Source: Candidatus Micrarchaeia archaeon
GTDB taxonomy: Archaea > Micrarchaeota > Micrarchaeia > Micrarchaeales > Micrarchaeaceae
Reading direction: 5' to 3'
DNA: 64,000 nucleotides
Assembly (NCBI GenBank): GCA_049965095.1
Contig: JBMFWR010000003.1
Location: forward strand, 5,786 to 69,785
The position numbers and the translations under genes are program-made. The notes under the pieces are model-generated. The model was given only the letters and a program-made list of their open reading frames with translations. It was not told where the DNA came from and made no database searches. Positions within the stretch are counted from its first letter, which is position 1. Every line of letters starts with the position of its first letter. Below are positions 25,086 to 33,490 of this stretch, piece by piece.

Positions 25086-25798
25086 TCATTACCTCCTGGC
25101 AGCAGTGCCAAAGCTTCTATCAGTCTTTCGTCCCTAAGATTTATTAATGACTGCTCCAGCTCGCTTTTCGAAGCTGTGCCCTTCTTTTTCATATCATTGA
25201 CAACTTGATTAAGCCCTGTAAGTTCCTCTACCACTATCTGCATGTGCTCATTATCGAATACGTTCTCCTTCAAGCCTTCTATTATGCGCTCCAGCTCTGC
25301 TATCTGATCAGCAAGCGTAAGATTTGGAAGCACCAGCTGGCTTGTATTGACGCGCTTTATTTTTATACCACCAAGTTTCTTTATTGGGCCGAGGTTCCTT
25401 ACAATCGAGCCTAGCTCAACTTTTGCCTTCTGCTCCGGCGCCTGTTGTACTGTTGCAGCTTCGTTTATGTGCCCGCTTTCACGGATGCCTTGAACTTCTA
25501 CTTGAGATGGTTCTGCATTAGCAGACGCAATAGGGCTTTGCACTATTGGCTGTGCATATGAAGCCTGCTCAACTCCAGAAGTAATCAAGTGTGATGGAGC
25601 TCTTGGTTTCTGCTCTTCTGCTACTTCCCTGAATTTCTGCACGTTCATGCTCGATATCATTTTCAAAAGATCATTGTAGGTGACCTTGCTCTCGCCATGG
25701 CCTTCCATAATACTGGTTATATCGACAAAAGCAGTATCGCTCTTTTTGGATTCGCGCTCCACCTGCTCCACGAGCTCCAGTAGGTCTTTGTATTCCAT
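25082..25798 (-). CDS. hypothetical protein in pilus operon
   Basis: 238-aa ORF tightly packed between the ATPase and TadB-like genes. Acidic helical ends flank a Q/A/P-rich middle. No recognisable motif. Confidence 0.55.
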   Translation of the reverse strand: MEYKDLLELVEQVERESKKSDTAFVDITSIMEGHGESKVTYNDLLKMISSMNVQKFREVAEEQKPRAPSHLITSGVEQASYAQPIVQSPIASANAEPSQVEVQGIRESGHINEAATVQQAPEQKAKVELGSIVRNLGPIKKLGGIKIKRVNTSQLVLPNLTLADQIAELERIIEGLKENVFDNEHMQIVVEELTGLNQVVNDMKKKGTASKSELEQSLINLRDERLIEALALLPGGNE

Positions 25799-25811
25799 CT
25801 ATAAAACACCA

Positions 25812-27317
25812 TCATTTAAACATGTTGTGGTCGTAAGGCACATCGTTGTTTACTATATCTAGCACCTTTGACTTTCTTGCGTAATAGCTAGCCACAACCA
25901 AGCCCGCATCGTTCACATCTATGACGTTGTGCTTAACCATCCAATTCAGCACTTTGCTTTTCTCCTCTATCTCAGCACTTATTTCAGTTTTCGTAAGCCC
26001 GCCGTATAGGTTAAGCGTTTCAAGCAGGCGACTCATGTCATTTATGTGCGTAAAAGTGTCATCGTGCATGTTCCACTTGTAGAGCACGTTTACATCTCCA
26101 TCCCTGAGTATTTCACCGAACTCTAATACTCTTCTTATGCCCTTGCTCCTGTGCCTAAACAAGACAACAACGCCGCCAAGTGCGTTGAGCATTATTTTCG
26201 GTATAGCTATTGGTGGGTTAGTCATTCTTACAATTGTATCCTGGGCATTATCGGCGTGGACCGTGCCGTATACGGCGTGACCCGTGTGTATGGCTTCGAA
26301 CAGGGTTTCCGCATCTTTTTCGGTTCTTATTTCTCCTACTACAACTATATCGGGCCTTTGCCTCAATGCGTTTATCATCAAATTGTAAAGTGTTATTTCA
26401 CCCTTGCCTTCTGGATTAGGTTGCCTGCTTATCATTGGTACCCACTGCAGAAATGATGGCAATGTAAGCTCTCTTGTTTCCTCTATTGATATTACCCTTC
26501 TGTTTGCAGGATAGAATATGCTGGAAGCATTGAGAAAGCTTGTTTTTCCGCTTGCTGTACCTCCAGAGAACAGCAGGCTTATTTCGTACTGTATGCAAAG
26601 CCACACCAACGAAGCGAGCTCCACGCTTATTGAGCCATTCTTTACAAGCGCAGGCATTGTCCACGGGTTCTTTGAAAACTTTCTTATTGTGATGGTGTTG
26701 CCGCTCTGCGATACTGGGTAAAGTGTAGCATTAACTCTCGAACCGTCAGGCAGCTCAGCGTCCATCAGCGGCACAAGGTTGTTTATCTCCCTGCCGACAC
26801 GCCTTCCTATCTGCTCCGATTGCTCGTAGATGCTGTCTTCGCTTTGCGGCATTATGTTTGTCTTGCACCACCCGTATTTCTTGTGGAATACAAATATGAA
26901 GCTCTTTGATCCATTTACAGTAACCTCTTCGAGATTTTCATCCGCAAGAGGGCCTTCCAAATCGCCAAGGCCAAGCATCATGTTGAGTATGTATGATATG
27001 AGAAGCTTCTTTGTATCGCTCGAAGTGCCTGGCAGATATTTGTCGATGAGCAAGCTGCTTGCCTGTATGTATTTGTTGTTGAGCTCTTCGGCATATATTT
27101 TGTCTTCTACCCTGGAAGGATCTACAGGCACCAGCGCCATGAGCTCCTTCCTTAGCGAAAGCAGGAGCAGCTTTGTGGCTTCCCCTATACCAGGTATAGT
27201 TACTTCGTATGTGGGCACGAAGTCAGCGCTCTGGTATATTCTAATGTGCACAGGCATGCCATGTGTTTCTAGATCATATTCAGCCAAAATATTTTGCACA
27301 TTATCTTTTTCGGCCAT
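25812..27317 (-). CDS. type IV pilus/archaellum-family secretion ATPase (PilB/FlaI/VirB11 superfamily)
   Basis: Walker A GGTASGKTS, Walker B RPDIVVVGEIR, His box GHAVYGTVHA. 501 aa. Confidence 0.9.
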   Translation of the reverse strand: MAEKDNVQNILAEYDLETHGMPVHIRIYQSADFVPTYEVTIPGIGEATKLLLLSLRKELMALVPVDPSRVEDKIYAEELNNKYIQASSLLIDKYLPGTSSDTKKLLISYILNMMLGLGDLEGPLADENLEEVTVNGSKSFIFVFHKKYGWCKTNIMPQSEDSIYEQSEQIGRRVGREINNLVPLMDAELPDGSRVNATLYPVSQSGNTITIRKFSKNPWTMPALVKNGSISVELASLVWLCIQYEISLLFSGGTASGKTSFLNASSIFYPANRRVISIEETRELTLPSFLQWVPMISRQPNPEGKGEITLYNLMINALRQRPDIVVVGEIRTEKDAETLFEAIHTGHAVYGTVHADNAQDTIVRMTNPPIAIPKIMLNALGGVVVLFRHRSKGIRRVLEFGEILRDGDVNVLYKWNMHDDTFTHINDMSRLLETLNLYGGLTKTEISAEIEEKSKVLNWMVKHNVIDVNDAGLVVASYYARKSKVLDIVNNDVPYDHNMFK

Positions 27318-27325
27318 TCAAATCA

Positions 27326-28606
27326 TTATTTTGTAAGTTTTTTAGAGACATCCTGCACGTTGCCTTTTATTTTTGATATGGAGTTCTTCGTGCGCTTGCT
27401 CTTTTTCTCTATTGCTTTGACTTTGCTTATCTTGCTTGATATAGGCTCATTCTTAGCTACATCAAGAGCGTGCAGCTGTAGCTCCAATGATTCTATCTCT
27501 TTCTTGGTCGCATCAATCTGCTTTTGTATCTCTTCAACTTCGCCCTTTAGCCCGCTTATCTTGTCGCTCACCTGGGCGGTCTCTCCAAACGAGCTCTTTA
27601 GCTCATTTATTTTGCTTATCAGCTCTGCTGAATTTTTATTGACTTCATCCTTGCCGCTAAGCAGCGTTTTATGAACCTTTTGGTAAAAGTCGTTGAACTC
27701 TGTTTTTTCTATGTTCAATGCGCGCCTGGCGCTTTCCCTGTGCAGCTTGAAGTTGTTGAGCTCTGCAACAGTGCCTTTAACTTCTCTTCCCTTTTCCTGT
27801 ATCTGCTTTGAAACGGCATCAAGCTCTGAATCGCCAGCCTTGAGCTGGTTTATTATGGCCTGCTTCTTTGCAAAAGCCTGCTTTTTCAGCTCTTCTGCCT
27901 GCATGTCTATATTCTTAAAAAGGGCTTTGAAGGATTCGTCAACGCTCGCCTCAATAGCGTGTATTGCGCTGTGAGCCTCGTTTATCTCTTTTGTCAAGGC
28001 TATAATCTTCTGTTTGCTTTCCTCTACGGTGCGGTCAAACGCGGTGGTGCTTAGCGTATCAACCTTCTTTGAAAGCTCGTCCGCTTTCTTGTTGACTTCT
28101 TCATACGTGCTTTCTACTTTCTTTGTCAAATCATCAAAGCGCTTCATGCTGGAAGTTGCTATGTTATTGTATTTGTTGATCGGCACAAGAAGGGATTCTA
28201 TCCCTGGGAGCGAACGCCTGTATAGCTCTTCTATTTGGGATATGTTTACGTTTATGTTTTTTATTGCCTCCTGCAGCTTGTCCAAAGACACTGCTTGAGA
28301 GGATAGATCTTCTTCTATTATGCTTTTTTGGTCGTTAAGCTTTTTCTCTGCAACCTCCACCTCTTCTTTCCCTATCTGGGAGTAGGTTACGAACATTTTG
28401 CCCATTTCATAGCTTATTTTTACTATACCCCCACTTTCAAGTATCTTGGCCCATGATTCTACAACTTTTGGGTCTACAGACAAAGACAATGCAATACTGT
28501 TTAGATCCATTTTGCCCTTTTCTTTTAGCAGATCGACTAGGTTGTCTATTGAGGTTTTCGTCGCATTTGCCTGCTCCTTATCCATGTCACCGGCCACCAC
28601 AATCAC
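27326..28606 (-). CDS. hypothetical coiled-coil protein, first gene of pilus operon (N-terminal wHTH-like segment)
   Basis: 426 aa. The N terminus ...LVDLLKEKGKMDLNSIALSLSVDPKVVESWAKILESGGIVKISYEMGKMFV is wHTH-like, followed by about 330 aa of continuous heptad-rich sequence. Start is GTG 28606 or ATG 28585. Confidence 0.6.
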   Translation of the reverse strand: MIVVAGDMDKEQANATKTSIDNLVDLLKEKGKMDLNSIALSLSVDPKVVESWAKILESGGIVKISYEMGKMFVTYSQIGKEEVEVAEKKLNDQKSIIEEDLSSQAVSLDKLQEAIKNINVNISQIEELYRRSLPGIESLLVPINKYNNIATSSMKRFDDLTKKVESTYEEVNKKADELSKKVDTLSTTAFDRTVEESKQKIIALTKEINEAHSAIHAIEASVDESFKALFKNIDMQAEELKKQAFAKKQAIINQLKAGDSELDAVSKQIQEKGREVKGTVAELNNFKLHRESARRALNIEKTEFNDFYQKVHKTLLSGKDEVNKNSAELISKINELKSSFGETAQVSDKISGLKGEVEEIQKQIDATKKEIESLELQLHALDVAKNEPISSKISKVKAIEKKSKRTKNSISKIKGNVQDVSKKLTK

Positions 28607-28620
28607 ACATATAATTGAAT

Positions 28621-28644
28621 ATTAATATTTTTAACCTTATCTAT
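28621..28644 (-). promoter_or_regulatory. BRE/TATA-like motif upstream of pilus-assembly operon
   Basis: Minus strand ATAGATAAGGTTAAAAATATTAAT is the same family as ATAGAAAGGTTTAAATATCT. It lies 20-60 nt upstream of the candidate starts. Confidence 0.35.
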
Positions 28645-28749
28645 GCTTCATTAGAGCTTGCACACTAAATGTGCTTCAGCTTGTTGCTTTGCTTTCCAAG
28701 CTTGCTTGCAAGGCGTGTTTTTGATGGACATTATTATACCTGTGATGCC

Positions 28750-29445
28750 TTACAGCACATTCCTGTAAAACATTGAGAACATGAGCGCTATGAAAATCAT
28801 AAATATTATTGATGTTATTGGTATGCCCGTAAAAAGGAACATCAATACGAATATGATACCCATTGAAATCATATACGCGTTTTTATTCCATGCGAGTACC
28901 TTGCTCCCGTCAAGAGGGGGTATTGGAAGCATGTTGAAGAAAGCAAGAAGTATGCTTATGAATATGGTAAACGAAAATGCATTATATAGGTAACTTCCTC
29001 TCTGTACTCCAGATAATATCAACAGTGCAAGGAAAAAGGCGAAAACGGCAAAGTTTGTCAGAGGCCCAGCAATCGATACTATTCCTTCCTCGTGCTTTGT
29101 GAACCTGTTTGTATATATCATTGTCGCTCCAGGGATTCCAAGAAGGAAGCCGAAGAATCCAGTTGTGACAGTGATCATAAGCCCCATCGTTGAAGACCTA
29201 AAGGCAGCCACAGCACCAAAATGCTCTGCAACAAACTTGTGCATCAGCTCGTGCAGTATGAAGCTCAGAGTAACGCCTAGTGCAACTATCGGCAACAAGT
29301 ATATGAAATGAGATATAAAGCTGCTCGCATTGGCCATGCCTTCTATTCCGCCATCAAGAGTCATCGTGAAAGCGAATATCAGGGCTATGTCTGCAATTAT
29401 TATCTCCTTTGCTTCAAGCTTTGCGTCTATGTTCTCCCTAAGCAT
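28750..29445 (-). CDS. site-2 protease family (M50) membrane metalloprotease
   Basis: HELMHKF (HExxH) in a TM segment and NMLPIPPLDGSKV (LDG motif). Polytopic, 231 aa. Confidence 0.8.
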   Translation of the reverse strand: MLRENIDAKLEAKEIIIADIALIFAFTMTLDGGIEGMANASSFISHFIYLLPIVALGVTLSFILHELMHKFVAEHFGAVAAFRSSTMGLMITVTTGFFGFLLGIPGATMIYTNRFTKHEEGIVSIAGPLTNFAVFAFFLALLILSGVQRGSYLYNAFSFTIFISILLAFFNMLPIPPLDGSKVLAWNKNAYMISMGIIFVLMFLFTGIPITSIIFMIFIALMFSMFYRNVL

Positions 29446-29507
29446 ATGCTACAATTTTCACTAAGCATATAAAAAACTTTCACATTAATATATAACAGGA
29501 AGAACAA

Positions 29508-29580
29508 AGCTCCATCGTCTAGCGGTCAAGGATAGCGGGCTCTGGACCCGCCGACGCCAGTTCGAATCTGGCTGGAGCTA
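29508..29580 (+). tRNA. tRNA-Gln (anticodon CUG)
   Basis: Acceptor AGCTCCA/TGGAGCT plus A. Anticodon stem GCGGG/CCCGC with loop CTCTGGA. T arm GCCAG-TTCGAAT-CTGGC. 73 nt, no intron. Confidence 0.9.
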
Positions 29581-29701
29581 TAACAAGGCTTTAAAATTGA
29601 TTTGTTTGAGCCTCTATTCATGATATCTTTATAAACATTTTCTGATATATCTACCTGATGGACTTGCCAGCATTATATGCACGGCTTGGCTGTTTGATAT
29701 T

Positions 29702-30121
29702 ATGATGGGCAAAAACCTTTCTGGGCACGTAATTGTATGCGGTTATGGTATTTTGGGGCAGAAGGTAGTCGACGTTATGGTGGAGCACAATATACCTTTT
29801 GTGGTAATAGACATAGATTCCAAAGTTGTTGGCACAATAAAGGAATATGGCTACAATGTTGTGGAAGGAGATGCAACACATTCCAAAACACTAAGGATGG
29901 CAGGCATAGAAACCGCAAAAGCCATCGCGATAGCGCTTGACGACGACGCAAAGAACCTCTTTACGGTGCTTACGGCAAGGGATCTTAATAGCTCGATATT
30001 CATTGCGGCAAGAGCCAACGACGAATTTGTGAGGAACAAGCTTGTCGAAGCCGGGGCAGACTACGTGGTAATGCCCCATAAAGCGGCAAGCAAAGAAATT
30101 ATAGAGGAACTGCTTAAGTGA
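29702..30121 (+). CDS. soluble TrkA-N/RCK (KTN) NAD-binding domain protein
   Basis: GHVIVCGYGILGQKV Rossmann motif, ...EGDATHSKTL...A, 139 aa, no TM segment. Confidence 0.85.
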   Translation: MMGKNLSGHVIVCGYGILGQKVVDVMVEHNIPFVVIDIDSKVVGTIKEYGYNVVEGDATHSKTLRMAGIETAKAIAIALDDDAKNLFTVLTARDLNSSIFIAARANDEFVRNKLVEAGADYVVMPHKAASKEIIEELLK

Positions 30122-30125
30122 TGGA

Positions 30126-30899
30126 ATGGCGATGCCAACCGAAGCAGAGGAGGTTACAACAAGGCTTGTTCTCCTTGTGCTTGCGGCAACAATTGTAGTA
30201 GTTACGCTTTCCATTTATTACATATACGGGATAACCCATAACGCATATGCGGCTGGCTATTTTACCCTTGCTTCGCTTTTCGACTTTAGCACGGTTACAG
30301 GAAGCAGCGTGATAAGCGCTTACGCACCGCTCTATTCAAGCAGATTCTTCGGCCTCTTCGCCATTGCAATAATTGATGGCTTGGCAAAAGCGGTGCTTAT
30401 AGGTTTTGTAATTGCAGCATTCATAAACGCACTCATGGCCCTAGACCTGAGGTCCAGGATAGGGATACTCGGTACAAGGAATGCAACTAATAAAATTATA
30501 ATAGCAGGTTATTCTCAACTTGCTGAGAGGCTTGTACATGAGCTGCTTAAGAGAAAGATGCACTTTGTGATTATCGAAAAGTCTCAAGAGAAAGCGGACA
30601 TGCTTGCAGATGCAGGCTATCCTGTTGTCATAGGGGACATGACAAAAGATGAAACGTATGAAAGCATAAGGATAGCACATGCAAAAGCTATAGTGCTTGC
30701 ATCAGACAACGAGTATACAAACCTTCTCGGTGTGATAACAGTGCATCATAGGTACCCAGAGTTGCGCATCATAACAAAAGCATCGCTTGAGTCCACAGCG
30801 ACAAAAATGCACAGGGCAGGGGCTGAGCTTTGCATTGTACCAGAGGTGCTTGCCGGGATAGATATGGGTTTGAACATTTTAAAGGCAATGGCAAAGTGA
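30126..30899 (+). CDS. 2-TM channel-like membrane protein fused to RCK/TrkA-N domain (non-canonical pore loop)
   Basis: TM1 LVLLVLAATIVVVTLSIYYIY, pore-loop-like LFDFSTVTGSSV, TM2 FGLFAIAIIDGLAKAVLIGFVIAAF, then an RCK domain (IIIAGYSQLAERL...IGDMTKDE). Confidence 0.7.
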   Translation: MAMPTEAEEVTTRLVLLVLAATIVVVTLSIYYIYGITHNAYAAGYFTLASLFDFSTVTGSSVISAYAPLYSSRFFGLFAIAIIDGLAKAVLIGFVIAAFINALMALDLRSRIGILGTRNATNKIIIAGYSQLAERLVHELLKRKMHFVIIEKSQEKADMLADAGYPVVIGDMTKDETYESIRIAHAKAIVLASDNEYTNLLGVITVHHRYPELRIITKASLESTATKMHRAGAELCIVPEVLAGIDMGLNILKAMAK

Positions 30900-30903
30900 T
30901 TTG

Positions 30904-31632
30904 ATGGTTTCAGCAAAAATGGCAAGATATGAGCTTGTTGCGATAGCAATAATCATGTTTGGAGCTGCAGTATTGCTTACCATTGCAAGTGGGATAGGCC
31001 TCAAGGTGGCCCTCTTACAGAATACGCTGGGCTCGCTCGAAATAGATTATTCTCTGGTCAACTTTAACGCTGCAGAGAGCACACTGATGCTTGTTGCTGC
31101 GTTCCTTGACACAATAGTATTTGCGCTTATAACGGTAGTATTTGCAAGCATGTTCTTCAGCTTCATAACAAAAATAAACATTAGGGAGGGAATAGCAATA
31201 TCAAGGATAAAGAAGCTGAAAAACCATGTCATAATAATACCATACAACACCTTCGCACTTGAGGTTGCCAAGGGCTTATCTGGAAAAGGAAAGCATGTTG
31301 TGCTTGCAGCGAGCACCAGGAAGGAGTTCGACTTTCTTTACAGGCAGGGATTCCTTTCTGTGATAGGAGACCCAAAAGATGTTGAACTTTTTGAATCCGC
31401 AAACATTAAGGAAGCTTCGCACGTGATAGCGTGCAGCGAAAATGACATGATTAATACTCTTATTACAATAACCGCAAAAAGTGCCAACCAGCACGCCAAG
31501 ATAGTGGCCAGGGTAAGCAGCGAATCAAGCATATCAAAGCTTGGCATGGCAGGCGCATACAGGATGATAATGCCAGAGATCACCGCAGGAGAGCTTATTG
31601 GGGAAGAGATATCAAGGCGCGTCGCGCTGTAA
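30904..31632 (+). CDS. 2-TM membrane protein fused to degenerate RCK/TrkA-N domain
   Basis: Two TM segments then HVIIIPYNTFALEV...IGDPKDVELFE... The RCK fold pattern is present but the glycine motif is lost. No pore-loop signature. Confidence 0.65.
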   Translation: MVSAKMARYELVAIAIIMFGAAVLLTIASGIGLKVALLQNTLGSLEIDYSLVNFNAAESTLMLVAAFLDTIVFALITVVFASMFFSFITKINIREGIAISRIKKLKNHVIIIPYNTFALEVAKGLSGKGKHVVLAASTRKEFDFLYRQGFLSVIGDPKDVELFESANIKEASHVIACSENDMINTLITITAKSANQHAKIVARVSSESSISKLGMAGAYRMIMPEITAGELIGEEISRRVAL

Positions 31633-31649
31633 ACAGAAATTCAATAAAT

Positions 31650-33425
31650 TCATTTTCTTTTTTTGTATTGCTCTCTAAAAACTTTCTGATGAATGCGCCA
31701 TTGCTTGGCATAGAAATCATTTTCGCTTGGAATATCTCCTTTAGGTGTGCTCGGGTTAGGCGAACTGAAGTTCATGTATGTGGGCACAGCCCCAAAATCC
31801 CAATAATATCTTTTTACATCCTCCTTAGATGGCTTGTTTACATTATCGTAATTTTCCCTGATGTAGGCGCCAGGCTCATTGAAGTGCTCATAGATTAGTT
31901 TCTGCTTCAATGGAAAGACAAGGTTCTCGTAATATTCTTTCTTTTCATTAAGTTTCTCTATTTTATCTTCTTCTGCCTTCCTTTTAGCTGCCCATGCGCT
32001 GGCATGACTTTCCAAACCTTCCGCAGATGTGCTATTTGCCTTCTCACTATATTTTGATATGTTTTCTGTAGCCTTTTGAATGTCTCGCTCTGTATCTTCT
32101 ATCTTTTTGGCCATTATGCCAAGATACTCTTGACCGCTAATACTCGCATAAGCATCAACCTTTTCGCGGTATGCCTTCTCATATTCATCTTGCATTGCCT
32201 TGAGCTTCTCTTCGTGCTCCTTCTTCAGCGCAGACATTTTTTCGCTAGATTTCCTAAGCTCTTCCTGAGCATCAGGGGTATTAACCTTTTTAAGCGCATC
32301 TATCCTTAATTGAAGATCATTCTCTTCCTTTGAGAATTCCTCTTTCTTCTTTGCTAGTTCTTTGCGCCTCACGTATTCGTTTTTAGTTGCTGCATTAATA
32401 TCAACTGGAAGGGGTATCCATGGTACTCTTGGTAATATGAATGGCCTGCCTTTATCTTCTTCTGTCTCCATTCCAGTTGCGTAGTAGTTTTCAGACCTTT
32501 TTGCCCTCCACATGTCAGCAGCACGGTGAAGATGCTCGTTAAAGTCATTCTTAGAGTGTATGCTTGCAAGAAATCCTGTACCTTTTTTGGCATAGCTATA
32601 CAATTCGTAATAAGGACCTATTATTGGGGTTTTTTTGTTTGGATGGATGAATGATTCTTTTAGGTCTTTGTATCCAGGGTGCTTTTTTGCAATATCTTTA
32701 ATTTGATCTAAATCGTTTTTTGCCCCTTTTGATATCATACTAGCAGGCACAATACCAAGAGCGGTGACAAGAGAAGATGCCCTTATGCCCCACCCTTTCT
32801 CATCAATTAGATGCTGATTTGCAATGCCCTTTTTGCTTATGCTGACTACTTTCTCAGCTGCACGCTGCTTTGTGCCTTTTATGATGCCCGCAGAAGCTGC
32901 ATTCAAAACGTCGCGAGCACCCACACCGTTACCCTGCATTTTATTGATGTTCTTTTGCAGCCTTTTTGCCGCTGATGGGCTCAGTGACATCTTTATGCCC
33001 TTTTGATTGCCTGCTTGCTTGGGCTGCGGTGATACCAATGGAGTTTTAGTATTGGTTACAACCGGGACGCCATTTACTATTATGCTACCACTTTTAATCA
33101 GATCATTTATAGTATTAGCTTGTATTTTTTTGTTTTCTTTTTGGGTTTTTTGTATGGCCTTTACACCCTTGCCTGCCGAAGCAAAAGCAGCCACAGAAGT
33201 GTACTTTGCGGGGGTCGCTTTGTATTTGTTTCCACCCGTAAGACCTTTACCGGCACCCCTGCTTCCTCCACTAGCCATGCCCATCAATGTGCCTATTCCA
33301 AAAAGCGCGAATACATCCATGCCCCTTGTCAAGCCAGCTGCTGCGGCTATAAGTATGAGTATTATTATTATCGGTATGAACGTGTATATGGCGCCTAGGC
33401 TTAGCAAAGGCAGCAGGGCAAGCAT
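31650..33425 (-). CDS. hypothetical membrane-anchored coiled-coil protein
   Basis: 591 aa. N-terminal hydrophobic segments (LALLPLLSLGAIYTFIPIIIILILIAAAAGL; VFALFGIGTLMGMA), then a basic G/K-rich linker, a globular part, and a long K/E coiled coil. Lies 65 nt downstream of the giant surface-protein gene on the same strand. Confidence 0.6.
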   Translation of the reverse strand: MLALLPLLSLGAIYTFIPIIIILILIAAAAGLTRGMDVFALFGIGTLMGMASGGSRGAGKGLTGGNKYKATPAKYTSVAAFASAGKGVKAIQKTQKENKKIQANTINDLIKSGSIIVNGVPVVTNTKTPLVSPQPKQAGNQKGIKMSLSPSAAKRLQKNINKMQGNGVGARDVLNAASAGIIKGTKQRAAEKVVSISKKGIANQHLIDEKGWGIRASSLVTALGIVPASMISKGAKNDLDQIKDIAKKHPGYKDLKESFIHPNKKTPIIGPYYELYSYAKKGTGFLASIHSKNDFNEHLHRAADMWRAKRSENYYATGMETEEDKGRPFILPRVPWIPLPVDINAATKNEYVRRKELAKKKEEFSKEENDLQLRIDALKKVNTPDAQEELRKSSEKMSALKKEHEEKLKAMQDEYEKAYREKVDAYASISGQEYLGIMAKKIEDTERDIQKATENISKYSEKANSTSAEGLESHASAWAAKRKAEEDKIEKLNEKKEYYENLVFPLKQKLIYEHFNEPGAYIRENYDNVNKPSKEDVKRYYWDFGAVPTYMNFSSPNPSTPKGDIPSENDFYAKQWRIHQKVFREQYKKRK

Positions 33426-33490
33426 TTTACCACATTAATATTATGGCTTTTTTGATATATATAATTTTGCATGTTGCTTTGAGAGGTTTT

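Noticed and set aside
28750-29445. Membrane protease next to the pilus operon as the missing prepilin peptidase
   Set aside because: It carries HExxH and LDG motifs of the M50 site-2 metalloprotease family, not the paired GxGD aspartates of A24/PibD/FlaK/EppA peptidases.
29581-29701. C/D-box sRNA in the spacer after tRNA-Gln (CTGA and TGATG-like strings present)
   Set aside because: No properly spaced C (RUGAUGA) / D (CUGA) pair with terminal stem could be assembled, and the ATGATG is the start of the TrkA-N gene.
30291-30308. Calling the RCK-fused membrane protein a K+ channel
   Set aside because: The pore-loop position reads TVTGSS rather than T-V-G-Y/F-G, so ion selectivity cannot be inferred. 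It is annotated only as channel-like.
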